Shown here: positions 19,841 through 30,220 of the stretch, piece after piece
How positions within the stretch are numbered: position 1 is the stretch's first letter
How the letters are laid out: every line of letters begins with the position of its first letter
Assembly (NCBI GenBank): GCA_034440155.1
Contig: JAWXBN010000011.1
Span: 1 to 57,818 of the forward strand
Length of the DNA: 57,818 bases
Direction: 5' to 3'
DNA from: Verrucomicrobiota bacterium
GTDB taxonomy: Bacteria; Verrucomicrobiota; Verrucomicrobiia; JAWXBN01
The notes under the pieces: model-generated
Told to the model about the DNA's origin: nothing
What the model saw: the letters and a program-made list of their open reading frames with translations, nothing else
Database searches by the model: none
Position numbers and translations under genes: made by a program

Positions 19841-20638
19841 ATGAATAAACAATACTCAGTTGATAGGAATTTACGCCCCACCAAAGCTGTTATTCTTGCT
19901 GCCGGAAAAGGCACGAGGATGGGAGCGCTTACTAAAGACCTGCCTAAACCGATGGTTGAGGTGAATGGAAAACCTGTCTTACTTCACATTATTGAAGGAT
20001 TAAGGGATGCAGGTATTAAAGATATCTTTATCATTACCGGATACTGTGCCGAGGTAATTGAGGATTATTTTCAAACTGGTGAGAGAATAGGCGTTTCAAT
20101 TTCATACGGCAGGCAAATGATTCAGGATGGGACAGGTAAAGCGCCTGAAATCGCTAAGGAATGGGTCGGGAATGATAATTTTCTTATGACTTATGGGGAT
20201 ATATTGATTTCCCGTGAAAATTATTCAGGAATGCTGGATGGCTTTGCAAATAGCACCGAAAGAATAGAATCATTGATATCAGTAAAAAAGGGAGAGGATG
20301 TGAAAAAGGGTGCCGTCGTGATTTTTAACGATAAATTTTTAATGACTGATCTGGTTGAAAAGCCTAATGACCAACAACTGGCGGAATTAGAGGCGGCTGG
20401 AAAACTAGGAGACGGAAAGCCGATTTGGTACAACGCTGGTGTGTATTTATTTACCCCCCAAATTTTTATTCACACAGCGAGTATCGAGAAATCACCCCGC
20501 GGTGAATATGAGTTGCCTGATGCAATACGGGCGTTTATCAGCAATGGCCAGAATGTTTTAGGTTACGAGATGCAAGGGCAGTGGGTGGATGTCCGTGACC
20601 CCAGCGTTTTAGAAGAGGTTCAAGGAATTAAACTATAG
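19841..20638 (+). CDS. sugar-phosphate nucleotidyltransferase family protein
   Basis: 265 aa. The N-terminal motif is ILAAGKGTRMG...PKPM, and the layout is a GlmU/RmlA-like fold. Confidence 0.75.
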   Translation: MNKQYSVDRNLRPTKAVILAAGKGTRMGALTKDLPKPMVEVNGKPVLLHIIEGLRDAGIKDIFIITGYCAEVIEDYFQTGERIGVSISYGRQMIQDGTGKAPEIAKEWVGNDNFLMTYGDILISRENYSGMLDGFANSTERIESLISVKKGEDVKKGAVVIFNDKFLMTDLVEKPNDQQLAELEAAGKLGDGKPIWYNAGVYLFTPQIFIHTASIEKSPRGEYELPDAIRAFISNGQNVLGYEMQGQWVDVRDPSVLEEVQGIKL

Positions 20639-20726
20639 AAATCGGGCTTATTGGTAATAATTTTGTCGTAAAAATAAAAAGAGCTTGCAGATTTTTCGAA
20701 AAAGTCTCATTGTTCAAAAAGGTTAA

Positions 20727-20802
<76 letters not shown>

Positions 20803-20887
20803 ATAATCGTTTGACTCCCATGCGAGTTTCATCTTCACATAGCTTCTACTTTCTTATTTTTTTAACTCAGGAAAAGGAATAAATATT

Positions 20888-21469
20888 ATGCAAAAAGACC
20901 ATTCGTTCGTAATACATGTCACAGGACGTCATGTTGATATCACTCCGGCACTTAAAGAATATGCCCAAAAGAAGGTAGAGCATTTATCCCCAAATTATCC
21001 TCGTATTCAAAGTGCCCACGTTATCCTAGCGATTGAAAAACACCGCCAAAAAGCCGAATTTGTATTGAACTGCAATAACCATATCGTCATTGAAGCCCAT
21101 GAGACGACGGATGACATGTACGCATCCATAGATTTGGCAATCAATAAAGTCCTTCAACAAATGAGGAAACATAAGACGAAATTGCTCAAAAGTCATCGCC
21201 CCCGTAAATTTGAGCCTACTGAGATTAATATGCCCATTTATCGGGCTGATTTTCATCCGATCACTGATGAAGAAGAACTAATTAAACCACGGGAGATTCA
21301 TTCCGAGAAGGTCATGATCAGGCCTCTTTCTCTCAATGAAGCTATTTTAGAAATGTCTATTAATGAAAAACAATTCCTTGTATTTTTTAATACGGATACG
21401 GAAATTGTAAATATAGTGTATCGGAGACAGGATGGGGATTTTGCTGTGATTATTCCGACAAAGAAATGA
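20888..21469 (+). CDS. hpf: ribosome hibernation promoting factor, long form (RaiA/HPF family)
   Basis: 193 aa. An N-terminal S30AE domain (ITGRHVDITPALKEYAQKKV...) is joined by a linker to a C-terminal dimerisation domain (MIRPLSLNEAILEM...FLVFFN). Confidence 0.85.
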   Translation: MQKDHSFVIHVTGRHVDITPALKEYAQKKVEHLSPNYPRIQSAHVILAIEKHRQKAEFVLNCNNHIVIEAHETTDDMYASIDLAINKVLQQMRKHKTKLLKSHRPRKFEPTEINMPIYRADFHPITDEEELIKPREIHSEKVMIRPLSLNEAILEMSINEKQFLVFFNTDTEIVNIVYRRQDGDFAVIIPTKK

Positions 21470-21479
21470 TCTGCTGATT

Positions 21480-22427
21480 ATGCCAAAGCAAGTAGAATAT
21501 ATAACTGTTGATGATTTTTACCGTAGCTATGCGGAATCTCTGGGGATTGAGCTCGTGAGTGGAGAGGGCGGGTTATTCCGGCGAATTAAAGAGGCTACAG
21601 TGAATCGCCCTGGCCTGGCTCTTGCAGGGTTTTTCCGCTATTTTGCGGATAAACGAATTCAAGTTATCGGTAGTGCTGAGTCCACCTACTTGAAATCTTT
21701 ATCTGCGAGTGAACAAGTCAAAAGAATCAGATCTTTATTTAATCGTAAAATTCCATGTCTCATTTTTGCCCGTAATCTCCTGCCGAGTAAGGAAATTATA
21801 AAACTATCAAATGAAGAGAATTTTTCGTTATTCAGGTCGACCCAGGTGACCATGCAATTGATTAACAAGGCAACATTGGTGCTTGAAGAGCATTTTGCGC
21901 CCCAGACCAGTGAATTTGCCAGTATGATCGATATTGCAGGGATAGGAGTATTGATTAGGGGGAAAAGTGGAATCGGAAAGAGTGAATGTGTTTTAGCCCT
22001 GATTGAACGTGGCTATTCTTTTGTAGCTGATGATGTTACCTATATTAGATTAAGGGAGAGAAAAGACCTGATCGCTACCTCGCCTGATATCACACGGAAT
22101 CATATTGAGGTTAGGGGGATAGGGATTATCAATGTCGCCTCGGTTTTTGGGGTGCAGAGTATTACAATCGATAAAAAGGTTGAACTCGTTGTTACTTTAA
22201 TCGAGTGGGATGAAGCTCAAAACGTGGATAGAACAGGTTTGGATACATCCTATTACGAAATTTTAGGACAGAAAGTCAGGCATGTCGAAATACCTGTCCG
22301 CCCAGGACGAGACATAGCGAGATTGGTTGAAGTAGCGGCGTTGGATTCAAAGTTAAAGTCATTCGGCTTGGATTCAGCAAAAGATTTTAATAAACGCTTG
22401 ATTGAAAGAATGAATTCAAGTAAATAA
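21480..22427 (+). CDS. hprK: HPr kinase/phosphorylase
   Basis: 315 aa with Walker A GKSGIGKSE and the signature IEVRGIGIINV. Confidence 0.9.
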   Translation: MPKQVEYITVDDFYRSYAESLGIELVSGEGGLFRRIKEATVNRPGLALAGFFRYFADKRIQVIGSAESTYLKSLSASEQVKRIRSLFNRKIPCLIFARNLLPSKEIIKLSNEENFSLFRSTQVTMQLINKATLVLEEHFAPQTSEFASMIDIAGIGVLIRGKSGIGKSECVLALIERGYSFVADDVTYIRLRERKDLIATSPDITRNHIEVRGIGIINVASVFGVQSITIDKKVELVVTLIEWDEAQNVDRTGLDTSYYEILGQKVRHVEIPVRPGRDIARLVEVAALDSKLKSFGLDSAKDFNKRLIERMNSSK

Positions 22428-22433
22428 TCTATT

Positions 22434-22730
22434 ATGTCCAAGACGGTTGAAAAACAAGATAATGAAATTACAAAAGAACTTACCATTCTCAACCGTATGG
22501 GATTACACGCACGACCGGCAGCCATGTTTGTAAAGACTTCTAATAGCCATAAATGTGAAGTTTGGGTGGAGAAAGATGGTGAGCAGGTAAATGGCAAAAG
22601 TATTATGGGACTGATGATGTTGGCGGCTGGTTACGGTTCGAAACTTCGTGTGACTGCCCGTGGGAATGATGCAGATGAGGCAATTCGTGATTTAGAGTCT
22701 CTTTTACTCCGTAAATTTGGCGAAGAATAG
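22434..22730 (+). CDS. ptsH: phosphocarrier protein HPr
   Basis: 98 aa with the His-15 site GLHARPAA and the Ser-46 site NGKSIMGLM. Confidence 0.9.
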   Translation: MSKTVEKQDNEITKELTILNRMGLHARPAAMFVKTSNSHKCEVWVEKDGEQVNGKSIMGLMMLAAGYGSKLRVTARGNDADEAIRDLESLLLRKFGEE

Positions 22731-22834
22731 CTCGTTTTCACTTCCTTATTTAATCATAAACGTATTTTTTTTGATAATCTCAATTTTTTCTATTGAGAGT
22801 CACATTAAAAGACTCTAATAGTCTATTCATCCCT

Positions 22835-24607
22835 ATGTCAGATGAGCAAAATCAAATACAATCAGAGCAACGTTTTCAGGGAATAGGTGTCTCACCTGGA
22901 ATTGTTCACGGGAAAGTAATCGTTTTCGGACGTTATACCCAAAGGGTCAGGAGAAGGACAATTACACCGGAAGAAATTGATGGTGAAATCGCTAAACTTG
23001 AGCAGTCATTGATCAAGACGCGTGGAGAAATAACAGCCATCCAATCACAAATTGCCGCTTCGATTGGAGATAAAGATGCCAGTATTTTTGATGCCCATTT
23101 ACTCGTTGTTGAGGATAGTTCGCTCATTGTACAAGCGATTAAAGACATGCAATCTACCATGTACTGTGTTGAGTATTGTTATAGCCGTGTGGCAAAGAGG
23201 TATATCAAATCGCTTCAACAGATTGATGATGATTACATTAGGGAGCGGGTCTCAGACATAGAAGATGTTACCCGGCGTGTATTAAGGAATTTATTAGGTC
23301 TTGAGCACAGGAATCTTAATGCCCTGACAGAGCCTCGAATCATTGTCGCATACGATCTTTCCCCCTCAGACACCGCCACATTGGACAGGAATAATGTCAA
23401 AGGTTTTGCCACAGATATCGGGAGCCGGACTTCTCATACGGCGATTATGGCTAGGTCATTAAATATACCGGCTGTGGTTGGACTGCACGACATCAGTGAG
23501 ATTATTGAAAATGATCAATATATACTTATTGATGGTTATAAAGGGGTATTAATCATAAACCCGTCAGAAAGCACCCTTTGGGAATACGGCCAGATTGAAT
23601 CCAAGAAACAAACAATTGAAGATCAACTGGATGAAGTTCGCTTTGTCGAGCCTATTACCATTGATGGGAAAAGAATTCATCTGGCAGGCAATATTGAGTT
23701 ACCCGATGATGTGGGACATGTGGTGGAAAACGGGGCGGAGGGCATTGGTCTTTACCGTACAGAGTTTTTCTTTATTAACCGAGACGAGTTACCGACAGAG
23801 GATGAACAATTTGAGGCTTATGTCCAGGTTGCCCGTACAATCAAACCCCATTCAGTTATTATCCGTACATTGGATATTGGTGGGGATAAGTTCCTTTCGC
23901 ACTTGCAGATTCCCCAAGAGATGAATCCATTTTTGGGTTGGCGTGCAATTCGTTTTTGTCTGGGGAGGAAAGATGTATTTAAAACACAATTAAGGGCTAT
24001 CCTCAGGGCGAGTAACGAAGGCAATGTCAAAATCATGTATCCCATGATTTCTGGAGTCAAAGAAGTCATACAAGCAAATGCCCTCTTAGATGAAACGATG
24101 CAGGAGCTCAGACAGGAAGGACAATCATTTGATGAAAATATACAAGTGGGAGCCATGATTGAAGTCCCTTCCGCAGCATTAACGGCAGAACGAATTGCTG
24201 ATGAGGTTGATTTTTTCAGTATTGGGACAAATGACTTGATTCAGTACTCAATTGCTGTGGACCGGGTGAATGAAAGGATCGCATACCTCTATGAACCTAC
24301 ACACCCTGCGATTCTTAAGTTAATAAAAATCACAACAGAAGCAGCCCATAAGAAGGGGATATGGTGTGGGATTTGCGGGGAAATGGGGGGGGAGATTTAT
24401 CTGACACCTCTTTTGATCGGATTGGGCATTGATGAGATCAGTACCGGTTCAATCCAAGTACCATTTATTAAACAGGCTATTCGTTCATTTAATTTCAGTG
24501 AAGCACAAAAACTTGCTGACGACGTCATGCAAATGGACGACCCTGATGATATTCTGAATTATTGTAAGGAATTCGCCCAAAATCATTATCCTAAGTTATT
24601 AGAATAA
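22835..24607 (+). CDS. ptsI: phosphoenolpyruvate-protein phosphotransferase (PTS enzyme I)
   Basis: Phospho-His block GSRTSHTAIMARSL, PEP-binding block FFSIGTNDLIQY, and ICGEMGG. The ORF track starts at TTG 22793; I prefer ATG 22835 (MSDEQNQ). Confidence 0.9.
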   Translation: MSDEQNQIQSEQRFQGIGVSPGIVHGKVIVFGRYTQRVRRRTITPEEIDGEIAKLEQSLIKTRGEITAIQSQIAASIGDKDASIFDAHLLVVEDSSLIVQAIKDMQSTMYCVEYCYSRVAKRYIKSLQQIDDDYIRERVSDIEDVTRRVLRNLLGLEHRNLNALTEPRIIVAYDLSPSDTATLDRNNVKGFATDIGSRTSHTAIMARSLNIPAVVGLHDISEIIENDQYILIDGYKGVLIINPSESTLWEYGQIESKKQTIEDQLDEVRFVEPITIDGKRIHLAGNIELPDDVGHVVENGAEGIGLYRTEFFFINRDELPTEDEQFEAYVQVARTIKPHSVIIRTLDIGGDKFLSHLQIPQEMNPFLGWRAIRFCLGRKDVFKTQLRAILRASNEGNVKIMYPMISGVKEVIQANALLDETMQELRQEGQSFDENIQVGAMIEVPSAALTAERIADEVDFFSIGTNDLIQYSIAVDRVNERIAYLYEPTHPAILKLIKITTEAAHKKGIWCGICGEMGGEIYLTPLLIGLGIDEISTGSIQVPFIKQAIRSFNFSEAQKLADDVMQMDDPDDILNYCKEFAQNHYPKLLE

Positions 24608-24617
24608 AGATCACTCA

Positions 24618-25542
24618 ATGAAAATTAATGATGTGATAGATGGATTAATGATCCTTGTTTATTTTTTTCGGTATAGTAGGGATTGGCATTTGGGTAGGAC
24701 GTAAGGGGAAGTCCCTGGAGGATTATGCCCTTGGTAATAGGTCGATTTCATGGTGGGCGGTATTGGCATCAATTATCGCAGCAGAGAGGACCAGTGCCGC
24801 AACCTTTTTAGGCACACCTGCAGAAGGCTTTAAAACAAGGGGTTATTTTTATGCCCAATTGGTTATCGGGACAACCCTGGCACGTATCATCATCGCCTAT
24901 ATATTTATCAAACCATAGGGGACTTCAGACTTTCGTGTGGGATTCTTTATTGTGAATGAAATGCCCGTTGTCATCAGGGGACTTATTATAGCAGGAGTAT
25001 TTCCGACAATGATGGGATCAACGAGTGCGGCACTTAATGCCCTTACCACAAGTTTCACAAAGGATTGGTATCAACCCTATATCAATCCCAAGGCAACGGA
25101 TAGACAATCTGTAAGGGCGGCCAGGATATCGACTGCTGTTTTTGGAGCACTCATGATCATTGTGGGGACTGTCGCCGCCTACTTTGTCATTCACAATCCT
25201 AAGTTGACGATTATTCCCCTAGCATTAAGTATCTTGGGATACAGTTATGGTTCTATCTTGGGGGTTTTTCTCCTTGCGGTCTTAACGAAAACAAGGGGAC
25301 TTGATGTGATAAACTTCGTAGCCACGATTCTAGGAATGTTTGCAGTTTTAATATTTGGAAAGGTGAAATTTCCCTTTTTCGGACACGAGATTAACTTTGG
25401 TTTTTTCATGCCGGAATGGTTTCCAGCCATTTCATGGGTTTGGTATGTTTTAATCGGGTGTAGTGTCAGATTTTTAATTTCAATCTGTTTCCGAACACCC
25501 CAAGAGGTCATAGATAAATTAAAGGAAAAAATCATCAACTGA
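24618..25542 (+). pseudogene. sodium:solute symporter family gene remnant (frameshift, in-frame stop and internal deletion)
   Basis: ATG 24618 (MKINDVIDGLMILVYFF) shifts frame in a T7 run (24662-24668) into ORF 24655-24918 (GIWVGRKGKSLEDYALGNRSISWW...). TAG at 24916-24918 follows. The same frame then resumes at a late-TM block (GLIIAGVFPTMMGSTSAALNAL...). Only about 8 of the usual 13 or more TM helices remain. Confidence 0.6.
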
Positions 25543-25546
25543 CAGG

Positions 25547-25930
25547 TTAATCACCAATCAGAATGGCCTGTGCAACTGCATAATCTTTTGCGTGTGTCAA
25601 ACTGATCAAAGTTTCTTTTACCCCGAGCAATTTGCAGAGTTCCAAGGCTTTTTCCGAGTAAACAACATAAGGTTGTCCAGAAGCTTTTCGTAGGATTTCC
25701 ATATCTATCCATCCGAGTTTTTCACCGATACCGGTTGCAAAAGCCTTCGAAATAGCCTCCTTTGCCGCAAATCGCACTGCCAGATATGGCTCGAAAAATT
25801 TATGTCCCATGCAGTAAGTAAGTTCTTGTTCTCCATAAATCCGGTTTAAAAATCTTTTACCGAATTTTTGGTAAGCAGAAGAAATACGTTCTGTTTCAAT
25901 CAGATCAAGGCCGATGCCAATAATTCTCAT
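25547..25930 (-). CDS. acpS: holo-[acyl-carrier-protein] synthase
   Basis: 127 aa with N-terminal IIGIGLDLIETERI and FAAKEAISKA, typical of AcpS. Confidence 0.9.
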   Translation of the reverse strand: MRIIGIGLDLIETERISSAYQKFGKRFLNRIYGEQELTYCMGHKFFEPYLAVRFAAKEAISKAFATGIGEKLGWIDMEILRKASGQPYVVYSEKALELCKLLGVKETLISLTHAKDYAVAQAILIGD

Positions 25931-25952
25931 TATAGATGGGTAAAATAGACTT

Positions 25953-27083
25953 TCATTTCTGATTCAAAGAGATTTCCGATACTGCTTTATTAACAATGGA
26001 CTGCATGATTTCCTCATTTTTCTCCATCGACATCACAAGGGCAAATTGCGCCCGTGCACGATCTAGGTTTTGGCATTCACGGTGTGTTTTAAAATAAACA
26101 TCACCTTCAAGATAGTCCGTTAAGAATCGCAATCCAATTTGGAATGTGATGAGTTGTCCGGAAAATACCAGGAGATCGATCTCTTGTTTTTTAAGGAAAG
26201 TGATTGCTTCAGAAATATAACCTCGTGTAAGGCCTTGAAACATATCCAAATCTATCACGACTTTATTCAGGTCTTTCTCGTCTTCAGCAGCATGGGATGT
26301 CGTCGTCCTGATTTGGTCACCAAAATCATATAATATTGTTCCAGGCATCACGGTATCGAGGTCTGTGACACATATTGCCTTGTCACTATCTTCACAGAAG
26401 AGGACATTATTAAATTTTGTATCATTATGGGTAACCCTAGTGGGGATTGAACCGTCAGCTAACTTTGAAGTGATTATTTTTGTCATGGGCTCTTTGCCCA
26501 GAACCCAATCGATTTCTTTTCTGCATGTCTTTGCACGGTTGAATGTATCAAGGCTAACTATCTCTTGGAATTTAGCAAAACGAGTCGGGGTATGATGGAA
26601 GTGAGGGATAGTTTCCTTCAAATCATTGACATTCAGGTCTGATAAAAAGTTTTGGAACCGTGCAAAAATACGCCCGGCCTCAGAAGCATCTTCAGGAATT
26701 TCAGCATTATCCCTGTTATATGTTCTTTCAATAAAATGCAAACACCTCCAGTAGTTCCCGTCCTCTGAACGATAGAACCAATTTCCCTCCTGTGTAGGTA
26801 CCATCCTGATACATTCCCTGTAGTCCGACTCTGGTATTAATGAAAGTTTTTTTGTGATATGTTCGGTGACTAGGACCATGTTCTCAACAACTACTTCGGG
26901 TTCTTTGAATACAAAATGGTTGATCCTTTGTAGGACGTAACGTTTTATTTTTCGTTTAGGTTTAAATTCAACAAAAAAAGTATCGTTAATGTGACCGCTT
27001 CCGCAAAGCTCTGCGCGAGTGAACCTGCCTTCGACCTGAAAGTGGCTGGAAATAGATGAAATATCAAATGAGAGCGTGGACAT
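25953..27083 (-). CDS. APH/choline-kinase-fold phosphotransferase, N-acetylhexosamine-1-kinase-like
   Basis: 376 aa with the catalytic loop VTHNDTKFNNVLF and the metal site VTDLDTVMPG. The substrate is not determinable from sequence alone. Confidence 0.6.
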   Translation of the reverse strand: MSTLSFDISSISSHFQVEGRFTRAELCGSGHINDTFFVEFKPKRKIKRYVLQRINHFVFKEPEVVVENMVLVTEHITKKLSLIPESDYRECIRMVPTQEGNWFYRSEDGNYWRCLHFIERTYNRDNAEIPEDASEAGRIFARFQNFLSDLNVNDLKETIPHFHHTPTRFAKFQEIVSLDTFNRAKTCRKEIDWVLGKEPMTKIITSKLADGSIPTRVTHNDTKFNNVLFCEDSDKAICVTDLDTVMPGTILYDFGDQIRTTTSHAAEDEKDLNKVVIDLDMFQGLTRGYISEAITFLKKQEIDLLVFSGQLITFQIGLRFLTDYLEGDVYFKTHRECQNLDRARAQFALVMSMEKNEEIMQSIVNKAVSEISLNQK

Positions 27084-27183
27084 GAGTATGAATAATTAGT
27101 GGTGAGCATAGGAAAGAGGTGTTTATGTGTCAAATTCATTCATATTCCTTGGCAGTTCTTTTGTTTTTGTGAAATATACTCGA

Positions 27184-27879
27184 ATGATAGATGGCGCAAT
27201 ATTGGTAGATAAACCGCAAGGATGGACATCACATGATGTAGTCGCGAAGATCCGTAATTTTTTCCGTCTGGAAAAGGTCGGTCATTGTGGAACTCTTGAT
27301 CCGATGGCTACAGGCCTTTTGGTCATTGTCGTGGGTAAAGGGACAAAGTTGTCTAACTCCTTAATGTGCGGGGACAAACGGTATAGTGGTGAAATGACAC
27401 TGGGGGTAACGACAGACAGTTATGATGCAGAGGGGGAGATTTTAGAGACCCGTACGGTAGGTGATATCAATGAAACACAGGTTAAGGAGATTTTCTTATC
27501 CATGAAAGGGGATCAATATCAATTGCCCCCTATGGTGTCAGCAAAGAAAATCGGCGGTAAACCCCTTTATAAGCTTGCACGAAAAGGAATTACGGTTGAA
27601 AGGGAGCCCCGCCTTATTCATATTTACGACTTTAACTTCCTCACCTTTGAGTTGCCCCGTATTGGGTTTGATTTGAAAGCGACAAAAGGGACTTATGTCA
27701 GGACAATCACACATGATATAGGCGAGAAACTCGGCTGCGGAGCGCATTTGAGTATGCTCAGGAGAACAGAAAGTGGCGATTTTAAGGTGCAGGACGCCAT
27801 TGCCTTGGATGACTTACTCAAATTATCAATTCAAGATTTTGAAAAACGCGTAATTCCTGTTTATCGTATAAAAGTTTAA
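27184..27879 (+). CDS. truB: tRNA pseudouridine(55) synthase
   Basis: Blocks LVDKPQGWTSHD and the catalytic-Asp block GHCGTLDPMATGLL. The ORF track starts at GTG 27127; ATG 27184 (MIDGAIL) fits the family N-terminus. Confidence 0.9.
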   Translation: MIDGAILVDKPQGWTSHDVVAKIRNFFRLEKVGHCGTLDPMATGLLVIVVGKGTKLSNSLMCGDKRYSGEMTLGVTTDSYDAEGEILETRTVGDINETQVKEIFLSMKGDQYQLPPMVSAKKIGGKPLYKLARKGITVEREPRLIHIYDFNFLTFELPRIGFDLKATKGTYVRTITHDIGEKLGCGAHLSMLRRTESGDFKVQDAIALDDLLKLSIQDFEKRVIPVYRIKV

Positions 27880-27885
27880 AACCGA

Positions 27886-28824
27886 ATGAAAATCCTGACC
27901 CAGATTGATTCGCTCAAGGAAATACGATATCCACTCTCCTTTGCCGTCGGATACTTTGATGGGGTTCATCTTGGCCATCAAGCGGTTATTCATGAGTCTG
28001 TATTACGGGCTCAGACGTCCTTAGGTAAAAGTGTTGTTTTGACTTTCCACCCTCATCCCGCAAAAATCTTAAGACCCCAAGAATGCCCATTGTTACTGAC
28101 TTCACTCGATCATAAACTTGACCTTATCAAAGACTTGGAGGTCGATTATTTTTTGATGATTGATTTTACGGCGCAATTTGCACGGACCCCACCAGAGGAG
28201 TTTATCCGTACATTATTCCATTCCTGTCAAAAACTGCATTCAATCAGCATGGGACACCAATGGGCATTTGGCCATCAGAGGAAAGGAAATATTGAATTGA
28301 TTCGCAGGTTAGGGGTCGAACTCGGATTTGATGTTAATGAGGTTCCATCTGTTAATGTTCAAAACGAGGTGGTCAGCAGTACTGCCATTAGAAAATATTT
28401 GAAGGAGGGTGACCTATTTACGGTGAGTCGTTATCTCGGGCGGCCTTATTCCATTTTAGGGGAAGTAATCGAAGGTGAGAAACTAGGAAGGAAACTGGGG
28501 TTTCCCACAGCAAACTTACATATTTCAGTAGAATTACTCCCTCCGAACGGTGTTTATGTTTGTTGGGCCAGAGTATCGGATAAGATTTTGCCGGCTGTAA
28601 TGAATATAGGGATGAGGCCTACTGTAAGTGAGGGGACCTTAGTACCATTAGTGGAAGTCCATATCCTCGATTTTTCCGAAAATATATACGGGACTAAAAT
28701 TGAAGTTATATTTAAAAAGTTTTTAAGGTTTGAGAAAAAATTCAATTCCATGGATGAATTAAAAAAACAAATTGTTTGTGACGTTAATGAGGCGCGAAAT
28801 TTCTTACGGTTGGAAACAACATAG
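27886..28824 (+). CDS. ribF: bifunctional riboflavin kinase / FAD synthetase
   Basis: 312 aa. The N-terminal FAD-synthetase block is GYFDGVHLGHQ. The C-terminal riboflavin-kinase blocks are LGFPTANL, PPNGVY and VEVHILDF. Confidence 0.9.
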   Translation: MKILTQIDSLKEIRYPLSFAVGYFDGVHLGHQAVIHESVLRAQTSLGKSVVLTFHPHPAKILRPQECPLLLTSLDHKLDLIKDLEVDYFLMIDFTAQFARTPPEEFIRTLFHSCQKLHSISMGHQWAFGHQRKGNIELIRRLGVELGFDVNEVPSVNVQNEVVSSTAIRKYLKEGDLFTVSRYLGRPYSILGEVIEGEKLGRKLGFPTANLHISVELLPPNGVYVCWARVSDKILPAVMNIGMRPTVSEGTLVPLVEVHILDFSENIYGTKIEVIFKKFLRFEKKFNSMDELKKQIVCDVNEARNFLRLETT

Positions 28825-28846
28825 ATAAGCCTTTCCCGAAAATAAT

Positions 28847-30220
28847 ATGAGTGAGAGTCCTCAAATCAATTCAAATATCAAATTCCTCAATGGACAAATC
28901 GCGGGGAAAGAGCTTTTTCAAGGTGAGACTTTCAGGATTGCTTCAGAAGCCTTTTCCCTGCCCGCTGAGCAAATGGCATTTTTAGATATATTGGGAAATG
29001 TTATTTATTCTTTTTACAAGGCATGCAACCTGATTTATCGGAGGAGTTGGAAAGAAAATAAATCCCCTTGGGTTTCTCAATACATGGACATGGGGAAACC
29101 GGTGTCGATTGTTTCATTGTCTAGGCAGAAGAAATTTAATGGGGATTTACCGAGGGTATTGCGCCCTGACCTGCTTTTAACAGAAGAGGGATTTTCCCTA
29201 ACGGAGCTTGATTCAGTCCCCGGTGGGATTGGATTAACTGGCTTTTTAAATCAGGTCTATCAGGAGATAGAGGAGGGGATATTAGGTTCTAACGGGAAAA
29301 TGGTTATCCACTTCATGAGGACACTCCAGGAAATCACAGGCAAAGGGGCTCAAACACAAATTGCTCTTTGCGTGTCGGATGAGTCATACATGTATCGTCC
29401 GGAGATGGATTGGATTGCATCTGAAATGGTGAAATTTAATGCTAAGGTCATAGTTGTTTCCCCCTCAGAGTTGGATTATAGGGATGATGCCGTTTTTTGT
29501 GGAGACTTCAAAATTGATGTGATTTACCGTTTTTTTGAGCTTTTTGATTTGCCCGATATCCCCCAACAACTTGCACTCCTTGAAGCGGTAGAAAAGCAAT
29601 TTGTTCATATCACCCCTCCTATTAAGCCTGTATTAGAAGAAAAAATGTGGTTTTCACTTTTTCGGCATCCTGAACTTCAAGACCAGTGGCATCGTGAACT
29701 CGGTGACAAAGGGATGAAAATCATGGATTCCTTGATTCCTACCACGACGATTATGGATCCATCACCACTTCCTCCACAGGCATTGCTTTCAGGACTGAAG
29801 ATTAATCACTGGGATGGACTTAAGGCCTTTTCCCAAAAAGAAAGGGATTGGATTGTCAAAATATCAGGTTTTTCACCGATGGCATGGGGGGCAAAAGGGG
29901 TGTATTATGGAAGTGATTTACCTCAGGATGAGTGGAAAAAAGTGATCGATCAGGCTTTATCAAGTTTTCCCCATAATCCGTATATTATTCAAAAATTCTC
30001 AGCAACCAAGATTTACGGACAAAATTATATTTCAGGGAGTGACCAAGTCACTCTGATGAAGGGGCGTGTCCGTTTATGCCCCTATTATTTTGTGATTGAT
30101 AACAAACCGGCACTATCAGGGGCTTTAGCCACCATTTGCCCGTCTGATAAAAAGTTGATTCATGGGATGGATGTAGCAGTTCTTAGCCCCTTGGGGATCA
30201 GGCAGAATCTTAATGATTAG
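28847..30220 (+). CDS. hypothetical protein, possibly ATP-grasp-like (circularly permuted / glutathionylspermidine-synthetase-like)
   Basis: 457 aa, starting 22 nt after ribF. The block LRPDLLLTEEGFSLTELDSVPGGIGLTGFL recalls the R-x-D...E-x-N-x-x-P-x-G core of permuted ATP-grasp enzymes. The functional call is weak. Confidence 0.5.
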   Translation: MSESPQINSNIKFLNGQIAGKELFQGETFRIASEAFSLPAEQMAFLDILGNVIYSFYKACNLIYRRSWKENKSPWVSQYMDMGKPVSIVSLSRQKKFNGDLPRVLRPDLLLTEEGFSLTELDSVPGGIGLTGFLNQVYQEIEEGILGSNGKMVIHFMRTLQEITGKGAQTQIALCVSDESYMYRPEMDWIASEMVKFNAKVIVVSPSELDYRDDAVFCGDFKIDVIYRFFELFDLPDIPQQLALLEAVEKQFVHITPPIKPVLEEKMWFSLFRHPELQDQWHRELGDKGMKIMDSLIPTTTIMDPSPLPPQALLSGLKINHWDGLKAFSQKERDWIVKISGFSPMAWGAKGVYYGSDLPQDEWKKVIDQALSSFPHNPYIIQKFSATKIYGQNYISGSDQVTLMKGRVRLCPYYFVIDNKPALSGALATICPSDKKLIHGMDVAVLSPLGIRQNLND

